Part shown: in pieces, positions 47,816-58,236 of the stretch
How positions within the stretch are numbered: the stretch's first letter is position 1
Layout of the letters: each line of letters opens with the position of its first letter
Assembly: GCA_050246315.1 (NCBI GenBank)
Contig: JBFWWG010000006.1
Location: forward strand, 32,001 to 96,000
Length of the DNA stretch: 64,000 nt
Reading direction: 5' to 3'
Origin: Nitrospiraceae bacterium
GTDB taxonomy: Bacteria; Nitrospirota; Nitrospiria; Nitrospirales; Nitrospiraceae
The notes under the pieces: model-generated
The model's database searches: none
Told to the model about the DNA's origin: nothing
The model's input: only the letters and a program-made list of their open reading frames with translations
Position numbers and translations under genes: made by a program

Positions 47816-48708
47816 TGCTGATCCTGCGATCACCGGCAGCCATGACCGCATGGAGTCGGTCGATCCGACGCGAAGGGGCCACCATCGGCTTCGTGCCGAC
47901 GATGGGCGCCCTACACGAAGGCCATCGGGCGCTGATCCGTCGCGCCAGGCTGACCTGCGACGCGGTGGTCGTCAGCATCTTCGTGAACCCCACGCAATTC
48001 GGTCCGAGCGAAGACTATGCCCGGTACCCTCGTCCGTTCAGACAGGATTCACGCCTCTGCCGGGATGAGGGCATCGACCTGCTCTTTGCCCCGAGCGTCG
48101 CGGCCCTCTACCAAGCCGGTTTTCAGACGGTCGTGGCGGTGCCGGAGATCTCGAAACGGTGGGAGGGGGCACTGCGGCCGCAGCATTTCTCGGGCGTGGC
48201 CACGATCGTCGTCAAACTCTTCGGCATCGTCCGGCCGGATGTGGCGATCTTCGGACAGAAGGATTATCAGCAGGTCTGCGTGATCCGCCGGCTGGTCGCC
48301 GACTTGAACTTGGACTCCAAAATTGTCGTCCACCCGACAGTTCGCGAAGCGGACGACCTCGCCCTCAGCTCCCGCAATGCCTACCTCAGCGAGCGGCAAC
48401 GGCGCCTGGCTCCGCTGTTGTACCGCGCCTTACAGGCGGGGGCGGCGGCCATCAAGCGAGGAGTCTCCTCAGGCGCGCTCGTGCGACAGGCAATGGTCCG
48501 GGTGATTCGGAAGGAGCCGCAGATTGCGATCGAGTACCTGACTGTCTGCGATCCTGAGACGCTGGAACCGCTGCATCGAATCGGGCGGAAGGCCGTGCTC
48601 CTAGGAGCGATCAGGGTCGGCGAGGCACCGTCCGCGAAAAGGGCACGAACCGTGCGATTGATCGATAACCTGCTGGTGACTTGCCGCGCAGTACGAAGCG
48701 GAGCGTGA
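47815..48708 (+). CDS. panC: Pantoate-beta-alanine ligase
   Basis: 'VPTMGALHEGH', 'FVNPTQF', 'FGQKDYQQ', 'LALSSRN', 'RLIDN'. Confidence 0.97.
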   Translation: MLILRSPAAMTAWSRSIRREGATIGFVPTMGALHEGHRALIRRARLTCDAVVVSIFVNPTQFGPSEDYARYPRPFRQDSRLCRDEGIDLLFAPSVAALYQAGFQTVVAVPEISKRWEGALRPQHFSGVATIVVKLFGIVRPDVAIFGQKDYQQVCVIRRLVADLNLDSKIVVHPTVREADDLALSSRNAYLSERQRRLAPLLYRALQAGAAAIKRGVSSGALVRQAMVRVIRKEPQIAIEYLTVCDPETLEPLHRIGRKAVLLGAIRVGEAPSAKRARTVRLIDNLLVTCRAVRSGA

Positions 48709-48721
48709 GTTCTCGCTCCGG

Positions 48722-49234
48722 TCAGGAAGGGGCCGTTTCCGCCGCCAATCCTTGGCTCAGCAGCAGGCCGTGGACGAACTCACTCAGTCTGGTCTTTTGA
48801 TCGCGCTCGATCTCCAAAAATTGAATACCGACCGACCGCTCGCGCACCGACCGGACCATCGCGGTCGAGACGGCAATCCCGGGCCCCCGCTCGGCGGTCT
48901 GGAATTGCAATCCCAGGAATGTCCCGAGCGGCAGCGGGCTTTCCATCCGCACACTGCACCCGTCCATCGAGATATCCGTGACCATCTCCCGCGGACTGAG
49001 TAGATCGGTGACCAGCGTGGCCATGCAGGACGTGGGAAGCCGTTTGTATTGCCGGCGGTCAAAGGCTTGTGTCAGGTCCCGCGCCGCCGGACGGAAGGCC
49101 CGAAACTGTGCGGTACAGAGCTGACACCGAAAGGAATACACCCGCGCCAGTTGCAGAAGCGAATCCGTCATCGTCGCCACATGGATGACCCTCACGAACG
49201 TGGTTCCACACTCGGGGCAATGGGGTTCTTTCAT
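48722..49234 (-). CDS. PilZ-domain protein with N-terminal zinc ribbon
   Basis: CxxC...CxxC; RxxxR 'RRQYKR'; DxSxxG 'DISMDG'. Confidence 0.85.
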   Translation of the reverse strand: MKEPHCPECGTTFVRVIHVATMTDSLLQLARVYSFRCQLCTAQFRAFRPAARDLTQAFDRRQYKRLPTSCMATLVTDLLSPREMVTDISMDGCSVRMESPLPLGTFLGLQFQTAERGPGIAVSTAMVRSVRERSVGIQFLEIERDQKTRLSEFVHGLLLSQGLAAETAPS

Positions 49235-49683
49235 GACTCGGTCATCACCCTCGTGGTCCGATGGTCGGCATCATCGCCGAGAACCGCCGTCTCTTCGCGC
49301 CCGGCTCCTTGCCACCCCTGCTCCAACAAAATCGGCTCCAGCGCGGCCTTGGAGTAGGTGGGCGGTTTGACCCACTTGCCGTCCGCCCGCTTATGACCTC
49401 CGATCTTGGTCATGTTCGATCGATGCACCTCGCGAAACACCGGTGCCATATCGACACCGCAGGACACTGCGGTACCGTAGACCACATACAGAAGATCCGC
49501 CAGTTCTTTGGCAATACTCGGCAGATCGCCGGACGCCATCGCGTCGCGCAACTCGGCAAATTCCTCCTCGATCAGCCGCTCGCGCAGGAGACGTGTTGCG
49601 TCGTCCGGCGCCGTCGGCGTCCGTGCCGCCAGGATCTCGAACGTTCGATGAAATTCCTCAACCTGCTTCTGCTCATCGGTCAT
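49231..49683 (-). CDS. MazG-like NTP pyrophosphohydrolase
   Basis: 'LIEEEFAE', 'KELADLLYVVYG', 'VHRSNMTK', 'DGK..KP'. Confidence 0.85.
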   Translation of the reverse strand: MTDEQKQVEEFHRTFEILAARTPTAPDDATRLLRERLIEEEFAELRDAMASGDLPSIAKELADLLYVVYGTAVSCGVDMAPVFREVHRSNMTKIGGHKRADGKWVKPPTYSKAALEPILLEQGWQGAGREETAVLGDDADHRTTRVMTES

Positions 49684-51088
49684 CGGTCGCTCTCCATTCA
49701 TCCGCCGCCTGTCCACCCGCCACGCGTGGGGCCTGCTCTACCGGCTCGATCGGCGGCACCTCTTTGTCCGTTGCAATGCCCAGGTCTTTGAATTTTCGCG
49801 CGGCCGGCCAGACCCGGCTCTCCAACGACCCGACCGCACGGTTGTAGGCCACAACGCTTTTCCCCAGCGCCGCACCGATCTCGTTGAGATATTGCGCGAG
49901 TACCACCATCCGCTCGTAGAGATCTTTCCCCAAACGCCCGGCTTCCTGCGCATGCGCGGTCAACTGCTCCTCCCGCCAGCCGTATGCGACCGCCCGCAGG
50001 AGGGCCATGAGTGTCGTCGGCGTGGCCAGGACGACGCCCCGGGAGAATCCATCCTCGATGAGGGTCGGGTCCTGTTCGAGGGCTGCGCCGAGGAATTGCT
50101 CGCCGGGCAGGAACAATACGACGAACTCCGGCGCCAGATCGAACTGCGTCCAGTAGGCCTTAAGGCTGAGTTCCTCCAATCGGGACCGTACCTGCGCGGC
50201 ATGTCGGCGCAGCCGGTCCATCCGCCGATCGTCGTTCGTCGCCTCATGGGCTTCGAGATAGGCGCTCAGGACGGCCTTCGCGTCGACAACGACTCGCCGG
50301 CCACCCGGCAACCTCACCACCATATCCGGCCGCGACCGACCGTCCCCTGAGACGACGGTCTCCTGCTCGTAGAAATCGCAATGCGGCACCATACCGGCCA
50401 GTTCCGCGACCCGTCTCAATGTCATCTCTCCCCACCGCCCTCGGACGGTCGGCGTCCGCAAGGCGGTGACGAGTTGCCCCGTTTCTTGTTGCAGTCGCTG
50501 TTGAGACTCGGCCAGCAGCCGCAGATGTTGGTCAAGGCCCCCATAGGCTGCCTGCCGAGACTGTTCCAGTTGCTGTAACTGATCGGCATAACGGTCGAGG
50601 TGGTCGTGGAGCGGTTTGACCAGGTCGTCGATCGCCTGCTGTCGCCGGGACCATTCGCTCTTGGCCTCGACCTGGATGGCTTGAAAGGTCGCTTTGGCGA
50701 GATCGAGAAAGGCCTCGTTATTCCGCTGCAAGGCCGTCCCCGAGAGGGCCTGAAAGGTTTCCGTCAATTCCAGTCGGGCCTGAGCCAAAATGACGCGGTG
50801 TTCTTCCACCCGCTTCAGCGCCTCTTCGCGTCTCGTCTCCGCCGCCACCCTGGCCTGTTGCGATTCGGCAAGCGCCCGACGCAAACCGGCGATCTCATCC
50901 TGGTTCAGCTCGGCTTGCCGCCTCAGCTCGGTGACGACGGTTTCTGCCCGCTGGGCGCGCTCCGCCACCTCCATCACCTGATCGTGGAACCGCCGGCCGA
51001 GACGCGACGCCCCCCACCAGCCCGCGATGAGCGCTCCTACGAGAACCCCGATAGCGGCCCCCGCCGCCAACGCGGTCATGTCGGTCAT
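49673..51088 (-). CDS. rmuC: DNA recombination protein RmuC
   Basis: Coiled coil; 'RGRWGE', 'RPDMVV.LP', 'VVDAK', 'FLPGE', 'TPTTL'. Confidence 0.93.
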   Translation of the reverse strand: MTDMTALAAGAAIGVLVGALIAGWWGASRLGRRFHDQVMEVAERAQRAETVVTELRRQAELNQDEIAGLRRALAESQQARVAAETRREEALKRVEEHRVILAQARLELTETFQALSGTALQRNNEAFLDLAKATFQAIQVEAKSEWSRRQQAIDDLVKPLHDHLDRYADQLQQLEQSRQAAYGGLDQHLRLLAESQQRLQQETGQLVTALRTPTVRGRWGEMTLRRVAELAGMVPHCDFYEQETVVSGDGRSRPDMVVRLPGGRRVVVDAKAVLSAYLEAHEATNDDRRMDRLRRHAAQVRSRLEELSLKAYWTQFDLAPEFVVLFLPGEQFLGAALEQDPTLIEDGFSRGVVLATPTTLMALLRAVAYGWREEQLTAHAQEAGRLGKDLYERMVVLAQYLNEIGAALGKSVVAYNRAVGSLESRVWPAARKFKDLGIATDKEVPPIEPVEQAPRVAGGQAADEWRATDDR

Positions 51089-51404
51089 GTGGACTGGTTC
51101 CTCACGGCGGTACGTACAGTGAAGCGTGCAATACGCAGGAAGGATGATGTGCGAGGTTTTTGGGGAGCTTACGGAAAACGTCTCGGCAGGTCAAGCGGTG
51201 ACGCCGTTCCCTAAGCCATCAGAGCCATTCGCATCTATCGACGGAATGCCGCCTTCGGCAATCGACATGCGTCCTCCGTCAAGCGTCAATCGAAGACCGA
51301 TGGAGAGGGCGGAGTGAACTATAGGCCGTTCCTCCAGATTTGACGATTGACGGTTGACGAATCATGAGTGCCGATCTCCGCGACGAGCGGGCATCGCACG
51401 GTGA

Positions 51405-52154
51405 TCAGAACAGACGGTCGCGGCCGAACTGTTGCTCCGGCGTCTTCTCCGTCACCGAAATCAAGAGATCGTCTCGCTCCTCGGCTCCCTCGTCATGATC
51501 GTGCACATCCCTGGCTGCATCCTCCAACGCCTGTTGTTGGATCCGGACCAGCCCGCGCAGACGCGTGATATGCGCCGCTGCACGGGCCAGTTCCTTTTCC
51601 TGAGCCGCCAAGTGCGCGCGGACCACGCCGATCTCGTGACGCAGCGCTTGATTCCTGACCAAGGATCGCTCTTGCCAGAAAGTTGAATCGTAGAGATTGT
51701 CGGTCAACCCGGTCCATGGGAGGGTCGCCGGCGCAACCGGCAATTCAGACGGACGGCTGCGTTTGGACGACCAGGTGGACAGACGCTCTCGGCCCCGCAT
51801 GGCCCCTGTTCGGACGGCTTGGCCGAGCCAGCGGCCTGTTGCCGCTATTCCCTGTCCGGCAGTGCGGAGACCCCAATACAGCCCCGAGCGCGCCGCCCGG
51901 CCGATCCGAACCAGTTTCATCCCGAGCGCCAGGCGTCGGAACGCCGTCGCAGTCAGACGGCCTGCAGCTCGCACGACCCCCACGGTCCCGGAGATCAAGG
52001 CACCGGCCGCCGCCAGCAGCGCGCTCCCGATCTGCCGCCACCACATCCACGCACGAGAAGCACGGGAGGCGCATGGATATTTCGGCACGACGCCTTGGGG
52101 TATCAACTGCAGCCGTTTGACCGGCTCTCGATTCGCCATGATATGTCGACTCAT
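51405..52154 (-). CDS. Hypothetical protein with C-terminal coiled coil
   Basis: 249 aa; AAGGAGAGG upstream; no recognised domain. Confidence 0.55.
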   Translation of the reverse strand: MSRHIMANREPVKRLQLIPQGVVPKYPCASRASRAWMWWRQIGSALLAAAGALISGTVGVVRAAGRLTATAFRRLALGMKLVRIGRAARSGLYWGLRTAGQGIAATGRWLGQAVRTGAMRGRERLSTWSSKRSRPSELPVAPATLPWTGLTDNLYDSTFWQERSLVRNQALRHEIGVVRAHLAAQEKELARAAAHITRLRGLVRIQQQALEDAARDVHDHDEGAEERDDLLISVTEKTPEQQFGRDRLF

Positions 52155-52525
52155 GAGAACCTCTCCTTCACATCATCCTTTGCCGCCGATAACGTCTCTC
52201 GGTCACGGACATGGCCGGCCAAGCATGGGCCATCCCCGGAAGCACGAATTGCTGCACCAGTTCACAACGATCGACCGGGCGACGGAATCCGATCGATGTC
52301 TCGGCAATCGTTCACGAACCGCCGAGCTGCGCGATTCGCACAAGGAGGATCGTACCCGTGACGATAGGGGTCGAAGGAGACGGGACAGGAACCCGGATGG
52401 GTCATGCTCTCGGACCATCCGCAGGCCATGCCTCTGTTTACTCCGCTTCGTAGCGCGAGTCAACCGCACCGTGGAGCGAACCGACCCGTTACGGCAACAA
52501 GCCCGCAGGAGGCCCGACCGTTCGC

Positions 52526-53026
52526 TCAGAGCACCAGCTTTAACTTGCGGCCTCCGGAGAGACTGAACCCCTGGCGTTCGTAGAACAGCACGGTACGGTC
52601 GAACTGGGGCAGCGGGGGAGTCGTGACTTCGAGTCTGGCCCATCTGCGCGACCGGCCCCATTGCTTGGCTCGCGCCAGGAGCGCCGACCCCACACCGGAA
52701 CTCCGGTGGGCGGGATACACGAACAGCTCCGGAATCGTGCCGAAGGCGCCGCCTGCGTACAACGCGTGGATCTCGGTCAGCGCAATGAACCCGCAGACGC
52801 ACTCCGGCATCCGATCATGCCGTTCCCAAGCCAGGAACACCCAATACTTCTCCTCGGCCAACCACTCGCGCGCACGGGCGGCGGTCTCTTGCTCTTGAAA
52901 GTCGAACTGGCGGGAGCCGACCGCCGCTGAAATCTCACCGAGCAATTCACCCACCATCCGGGCGAGTACGACGGCATCGTCCGGCTGAGCCTGATCGATT
53001 CGTATCGATGGAACCGGCATCGTCAT
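52526..53026 (-). CDS. GNAT N-acetyltransferase
   Basis: 'ELFVYPAHRSSGVGSALL', 'FYERQGF'. Confidence 0.88.
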   Translation of the reverse strand: MTMPVPSIRIDQAQPDDAVVLARMVGELLGEISAAVGSRQFDFQEQETAARAREWLAEEKYWVFLAWERHDRMPECVCGFIALTEIHALYAGGAFGTIPELFVYPAHRSSGVGSALLARAKQWGRSRRWARLEVTTPPLPQFDRTVLFYERQGFSLSGGRKLKLVL

Positions 53027-53292
53027 CCGCTTCTCCCTAAAACTGCATGATGCCTGAATGCATCTGCTGGGATTGCGCATTCTCTGCTCCCACGCGCCCG
53101 CCTGCAAGGCTGCGGGCAGGCAGACGCGGTGAAGGGTGTCAGCCCCCGGACTCCGCGCCGAGACACCCATTGCCGAGGAACCGTTGCGGGTTGCGAGATG
53201 CAACGGGTCCACCATGCCATGGGTCCAACACTTGGCGGCGATGGGAGTCAATCGCCCCTGCTGAAGTACGGGCGCAATGATAAAATGGCCCC

Positions 53293-53784
53293 ATGGTGTC
53301 TGTCCGAGCCAAGGAAGAACAGGCCGAGTGGATCGCCCACCTCCTGGATGACGCAGTGCACCTCCCTCATACCAGGATCCGATTCGGACTGGACCCGGTT
53401 ATGGGATTGGTGCCCGTCGTAGGAGACCTGGCGGCGACGGTCGCCGGCTCCTTCGTGCTCGTGATCGCCCGACAACTCGGCATCCCCACGGGGCTTCTCT
53501 TCCGCATGGCCTATTCTCAATTACTGAACGGGCTGATCGGGAGTGTGCCGTTGTTCGGCGACCTGTTCTCGTTCACCTATAAGAGCAACGCCAAGAATGC
53601 GGCCTTGCTGGTGCGCCGAGTCAAGCGTGGCGAGGCCGGGGTCTGTCCGCTGGAAGCTCCCGCACTCAGCTTGGTCGATCTCGGGCTGGTGCTCCTCGTC
53701 ACAGGACCGGTTTGGGTCGCCGTCGCTGCATTAACCTACTGGTTCTGGTCCCGCAACCTCACGCTGCTCAGCATCCTCTTCTAA
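53293..53784 (+). CDS. DUF4112-like membrane protein
   Basis: 'LLDDA...P...IRFGLDP..GLVPVVGD', 'GSVPLFGD', 'KSN.KN'. Confidence 0.85.
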   Translation: MVSVRAKEEQAEWIAHLLDDAVHLPHTRIRFGLDPVMGLVPVVGDLAATVAGSFVLVIARQLGIPTGLLFRMAYSQLLNGLIGSVPLFGDLFSFTYKSNAKNAALLVRRVKRGEAGVCPLEAPALSLVDLGLVLLVTGPVWVAVAALTYWFWSRNLTLLSILF

Positions 53785-53959
53785 GCACGCCACCACTCCG
53801 CGATCAGGGCCTCCGGCTCACAGGGATGCACGGGCGAATCCCCATGGCGCTCGCATGGTCGAACCTCGTATACTGAAGCCGCTGCGACCTCTGCCCTTTT
53901 AATGACGATGCTGATCGATCGTTCGACCGAAACCTGCTCGTTCACCACGTACACCGCTC

Positions 53960-55816
53960 ATGCCCCCAACCGTCCTGCTCAGTTGTGAATCCGTCGGCAA
54001 GCGCTATGGGGTGACCCCCCTGTTCCAGGACCTCTCCCTGGCGCTGTGCGACGGCGACCATGTCGGCCTCGTCGGTCCGAACGGATCGGGCAAATCCACG
54101 CTGCTCAGGATTCTGGCCGGCGTTGAGCAGCCGGACAGCGGGGCGAGATCCGTCCGTCGTCACCTTCGTATCGGGAACGTCCCACAAGAGCCGACCTTCA
54201 ACCCGGAGCTCACGGTCGAGGAAATTCTTGTCCAGGCCTTGACGGCCGCGGGCTTGGACCCACATGAGCAGGCAGGACGCATCGCCCAGGCCCTCAGCAT
54301 CGGACAGTTTCGAAACGGCGAGCAGGCCGCCGGCACCCTCTCCGGCGGATGGCGCAAACGCCTGGCCATCGCCCGCGCCCTCATGCTGGAACCGGATGTC
54401 CTCTTGCTGGATGAACCGACCAATCACCTGGACCTAGAGGGCATCCTGTGGTTGGAATCGCTGCTCAAGGTGGAACCGCGGGCCTTTCTCGCCATCAGCC
54501 ACGACCGACGCTTCTTGGAATCGGTCGCCTCCCGCATGATCGAGTTGAGTCGCTGCTATCCGACCGGGGTCTTCACGACAAACGGACGCTATAGCGACTT
54601 TCTCGAACAGCGCGATGCCGCCCTGCAGGCACAGGCCGACTATCAGGCTTCGTTGGCGAATCGAGTCCGACGCGAGATTGAATGGCTGCGACGCGGGCCG
54701 AAGGCCCGCACGACCAAGGCCAAGGCCCGCGTGGATACCGCCTATGACATGATCGACGAATTGTCCGCCATGGACGCACGCGCGCACGCAAGCACCGCGG
54801 GCATCGACTTTGTCGGATCGGGACGTCAATCCAAGCAACTGGTCGTCGTGAGGGGACTCAGCAAATCGCTCGGCGGCCGTCGAATCGTAAGCGGCCTCGA
54901 CCTCCATCTTGGACCGGGCCAACGGCTCGGGCTTCTCGGACCAAACGGCAGCGGCAAGACGACGCTCCTCTCCCTCCTGGCCGGCAGGATGGAGCCTGAT
55001 ACGGGGACCGTCTCCCATGCAGAGGGCCTGCGGGTCGTGACGTTCGAGCAGCACCGTGACTCGCTCGATCAATCGGCGACGCTCCGTCGATCCCTTGCTC
55101 CGGCCGGCGATGCGGTCATCTATCGCGAGCGTGCGATCCATCTCATTTCTTGGGCCAAGCGCTTTCTCTTTCGCCCTGAGCAACTGGACCTGCCGGTCTC
55201 CCGGCTGTCCGGCGGCGAACAAGCCCGGCTGCTGATCGCCCGCCTGATGTTGCAGCCGGCCGATCTGTTGATTCTCGATGAGCCGACCAACGATCTCGAT
55301 ATCCCCACCCTCGATGTGCTGGAGGAGAGTCTGATGGAGTTTCCCGGCGCGGTCGTGCTAGTCACGCACGATCGCTGGCTCCTTGACCGGGTCTCCACAT
55401 CCCTGCTGGCGCTGGACGGCGAAGGGCGTGCGGACCGGTATGCGGATTATGCCCAGTGGGAATCGGCTCAAGCCGCCCGAACGCCATCCGCGCGCCGATC
55501 GAATGTGGCTGAGGGCGGTGCGGCTGCCAAGGCCGCACCGGCATCGTCGGCGGCCTCGGCGGTGCCAAAGCGCAAGGGGCTGTCCTATCGCGAGCAACAG
55601 GAATGGGCGGTCATCGAGGACAGGATTCTCGAAGCGGAGCAGCGCCTCGCCGCCTGCCAGGCTGCGCTTCAGGACCCCGATGTCGTGTCGGACGCAACAG
55701 CGCTCCACGAGCGATGCCTCGCATTGGAAGGGGCACAAGCGGATGTTGACAGTCTATACGCACGTTGGGCTGAATTGGATGGAAAGCGAAGCGGGGACCT
55801 GTCAGGCCGATTGTGA
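53960..55816 (+). CDS. ABC-F family ATPase (Uup-like)
   Basis: Two ABC cassettes, no TM; linker 'PKARTTK'; C-terminal 'LSYREQQE...YARWAEL'. Confidence 0.92.
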   Translation: MPPTVLLSCESVGKRYGVTPLFQDLSLALCDGDHVGLVGPNGSGKSTLLRILAGVEQPDSGARSVRRHLRIGNVPQEPTFNPELTVEEILVQALTAAGLDPHEQAGRIAQALSIGQFRNGEQAAGTLSGGWRKRLAIARALMLEPDVLLLDEPTNHLDLEGILWLESLLKVEPRAFLAISHDRRFLESVASRMIELSRCYPTGVFTTNGRYSDFLEQRDAALQAQADYQASLANRVRREIEWLRRGPKARTTKAKARVDTAYDMIDELSAMDARAHASTAGIDFVGSGRQSKQLVVVRGLSKSLGGRRIVSGLDLHLGPGQRLGLLGPNGSGKTTLLSLLAGRMEPDTGTVSHAEGLRVVTFEQHRDSLDQSATLRRSLAPAGDAVIYRERAIHLISWAKRFLFRPEQLDLPVSRLSGGEQARLLIARLMLQPADLLILDEPTNDLDIPTLDVLEESLMEFPGAVVLVTHDRWLLDRVSTSLLALDGEGRADRYADYAQWESAQAARTPSARRSNVAEGGAAAKAAPASSAASAVPKRKGLSYREQQEWAVIEDRILEAEQRLAACQAALQDPDVVSDATALHERCLALEGAQADVDSLYARWAELDGKRSGDLSGRL

Positions 55817-55819
55817 CTC

Positions 55820-56779
55820 CTACCGGCAAATCATGTCGATCACCTGAAACAGGTCGATGACGATCATGCCTCCGAAGGTGGGTCCTTCATCCTTCTGCGA
55901 GATGACATCATCCCACACTTCAATCGCGACGCCCGGACCACGCAGCGCAATCGTCCCGAACATCTTTTCGATCGAGTTGCCCCGGGCATCCACAAACAAC
56001 CCCGAGTCGATGGAGGCGCCCACCTCCAGTTCCCAACGCGGACGCGAGCCGGAGCGATAGTCGGCAACACTCAACGAAACCTGGCCCAGATACGACTGGG
56101 CCGCCACGGCTTGAAACGTCGATCCGTTCGCGATCTGCCCATAGCGCCCCAGGGCTGAGAAGCGCATGAATGAGACGCCGGGAACGGGCATTCGTCGCAG
56201 CCCAATCCGGGCATAGACTTCGTGATAGAGTGTCCCGGAATCGATGCCCAGTCCTGCGAACCCGGTTTCCTCGTTCCCCAGCACCTGACCCCAATAGGTC
56301 ACCGAGCCACTCACCATCGCGTCGGGGCCTTCGCGTGTCTCCCCGACCGGCACTGCGCTCTGGTTAAGAATCGCCCGATGGACGAACGTATTTTGCAGAA
56401 ACTGGCTCGGCTCATCCGACGTCGGCCCCGCCCCGACCGTCAGATTCGTTCCCCACTTCCCGAGACGCTCGCTCCAGGACAGGGTCGCAAAATTCAGGCC
56501 GATGGTTTCCTTGACCGTCGGCGTAAAGGCACGACCATCGACATTGAATTCCGTAAATCGGTTCATCGTGAAACCCATCGAGAGGGTGCGCTGCTGATCC
56601 GGATAGGCGAGCGACCCCCAATGCACGCTGGGTGCCGGAGCCTCTGCCAAGCTCAGGGAGATCTCTCCGGTTGGGAACGAAAGCCACACGAGGAGCATAC
56701 GAAGGAAGCGTGCGGATCCCGACGGCGGCCGCCGCAGGGGCCTGTGTCTTGATTGCAGACTTCCATGGATCACCGCCAT
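55820..56779 (-). CDS. Hypothetical protein, possible outer-membrane beta-barrel
   Basis: Alternating beta-strand pattern after a signal-like segment; start uncertain. Confidence 0.55.
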   Translation of the reverse strand: MAVIHGSLQSRHRPLRRPPSGSARFLRMLLVWLSFPTGEISLSLAEAPAPSVHWGSLAYPDQQRTLSMGFTMNRFTEFNVDGRAFTPTVKETIGLNFATLSWSERLGKWGTNLTVGAGPTSDEPSQFLQNTFVHRAILNQSAVPVGETREGPDAMVSGSVTYWGQVLGNEETGFAGLGIDSGTLYHEVYARIGLRRMPVPGVSFMRFSALGRYGQIANGSTFQAVAAQSYLGQVSLSVADYRSGSRPRWELEVGASIDSGLFVDARGNSIEKMFGTIALRGPGVAIEVWDDVISQKDEGPTFGGMIVIDLFQVIDMICR

Positions 56780-56973
56780 TGGTCTGCCCTGTCGCCCTTG
56801 TCGCAGCTCCACGATCGCACCCGCCTGGATCACGCAGCAAGCCGGTGACCTTCGAGTATCCAGTTCGTGTGAGTTTCATTCTTACCGCGATGGGGGGAGG
56901 TCGATGCAAGAGGGGGCGATCGGAAGGAACCACGCCCCTTGGTCTGCTGGTGAAGGATGGCCTATAGCCACTT

Positions 56974-57504
56974 CTATGGGCCGAAGCGCAGGCCGAAGAG
57001 CGCCGCGACGCTGGTATCGTCGCGTTCGAGGGGCGAGAGACGGATCGCGTGAAGATTCACCATCACGGTGGTGGAGAGGGCAACGCCGGATGTCACCGGG
57101 TACTCGGCGGTGATCCCGAGCGGAATCCAGTGGCTTGTGTCGCTGGCATCGACCCGCGGCGGCCCACCGGTATCCAGGCTCATGTGGATAAAGCCCAATC
57201 CGGCAAACGGAACCAGATTCACCCGGTTCAGTCGGAAGTGATATTTCGCGGCAGCCGCGAACCCGTAAGTATTGAGATCGCTGGCCGGTGTGAAGAGCGT
57301 CAGGAGGCCGAAGGACAACGAACGGTCTACGTAATAGTCCAACCCGAAGCTCAAGGCGAACTTGGTGCCGTCCGGTGAGCCGCTGAGCAGGCCGAGATCG
57401 GTCGTGAAGCCAAATCGCGGCTCCTGAGCTTGAGCGGCTGCAACTCCCGACAGCAGCACCCAGATGCAGAGCCAGCCGGCGAGCCTTCGCCATCGAGGCA
57501 TCAT
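56974..57504 (-). CDS. Small outer-membrane beta-barrel protein
   Basis: Signal peptide 'AQA'; 'LVPFAGLG'; terminal 'GLRFGP'. Confidence 0.7.
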   Translation of the reverse strand: MMPRWRRLAGWLCIWVLLSGVAAAQAQEPRFGFTTDLGLLSGSPDGTKFALSFGLDYYVDRSLSFGLLTLFTPASDLNTYGFAAAAKYHFRLNRVNLVPFAGLGFIHMSLDTGGPPRVDASDTSHWIPLGITAEYPVTSGVALSTTVMVNLHAIRLSPLERDDTSVAALFGLRFGP

Positions 57505-57653
57505 GCGAGATCCTGTTTGAGGGTCACCCACCAGGCCTCTTCCGACCCAGTACACGGATGACTCCAGAGTTGAGTGGAGCGGCGAATCTAACATAGGAGT
57601 CTGTGGTCGGCAACGCGCCAGCCGGGCGTTGTCGTCGGTAGATCGGTTGCGTT

Positions 57654-58217
57654 ATGCTGTCGGGTATGTTTCAACAGGGGAACAGCCAGCCGAAACAACC
57701 GCTCACGCCGCTTGAAACTGCGGAAGCGTTCTTCGCACTCCTGCCGAAGAGTCTCACCCAAAAGACGTTGGACCAGTACGGACTTGCCTTAACCACGGAG
57801 CAGGCGCAGCAAGTCTCCAGAGAGCTGTTGACCTTGACCCTGTACTGGGTCCAAGCAGCGCTTACCGCCCATTATAAAGACATCGGGGACGTGCTCGTGA
57901 CGCCCGAGCTGCACCGGCTGCTCCGCGAGCGCTGGACGACGGTGTTTCGGATGCCGGCGGCCGGATGGCGGACGTTTCTGACCGAGGCGGAGGCGCGCCG
58001 GCGAGACTATCTTGAGGTGGCCGAACAAGGCGGTGGCCAAATCGACATCGGCAACCGGGCCGTCGCGCGGATGGAGTCGGATTGGGTGATCCGCTCCGAG
58101 CAGAAGGCCGCACTGCTCTCTCTCATTGTGGATCTGGTACCGATGGAAGCCGTCGGCAAGTTCGTCGAAGCGCTGGAACTGATCCCGCCGCCCGAGGCGC
58201 GAGGAGCATCAGGCTAA
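57654..58217 (+). CDS. Hypothetical protein
   Basis: 187 aa helical ORF. Confidence 0.65.
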   Translation: MLSGMFQQGNSQPKQPLTPLETAEAFFALLPKSLTQKTLDQYGLALTTEQAQQVSRELLTLTLYWVQAALTAHYKDIGDVLVTPELHRLLRERWTTVFRMPAAGWRTFLTEAEARRRDYLEVAEQGGGQIDIGNRAVARMESDWVIRSEQKAALLSLIVDLVPMEAVGKFVEALELIPPPEARGASG

Positions 58218-58236
58218 AAATATGGTGGGATAGGCT

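Noticed and set aside
52155..52525. Small ORFs between the hypothetical gene and the GNAT gene
   Set aside because: No convincing RBS, composition or motif
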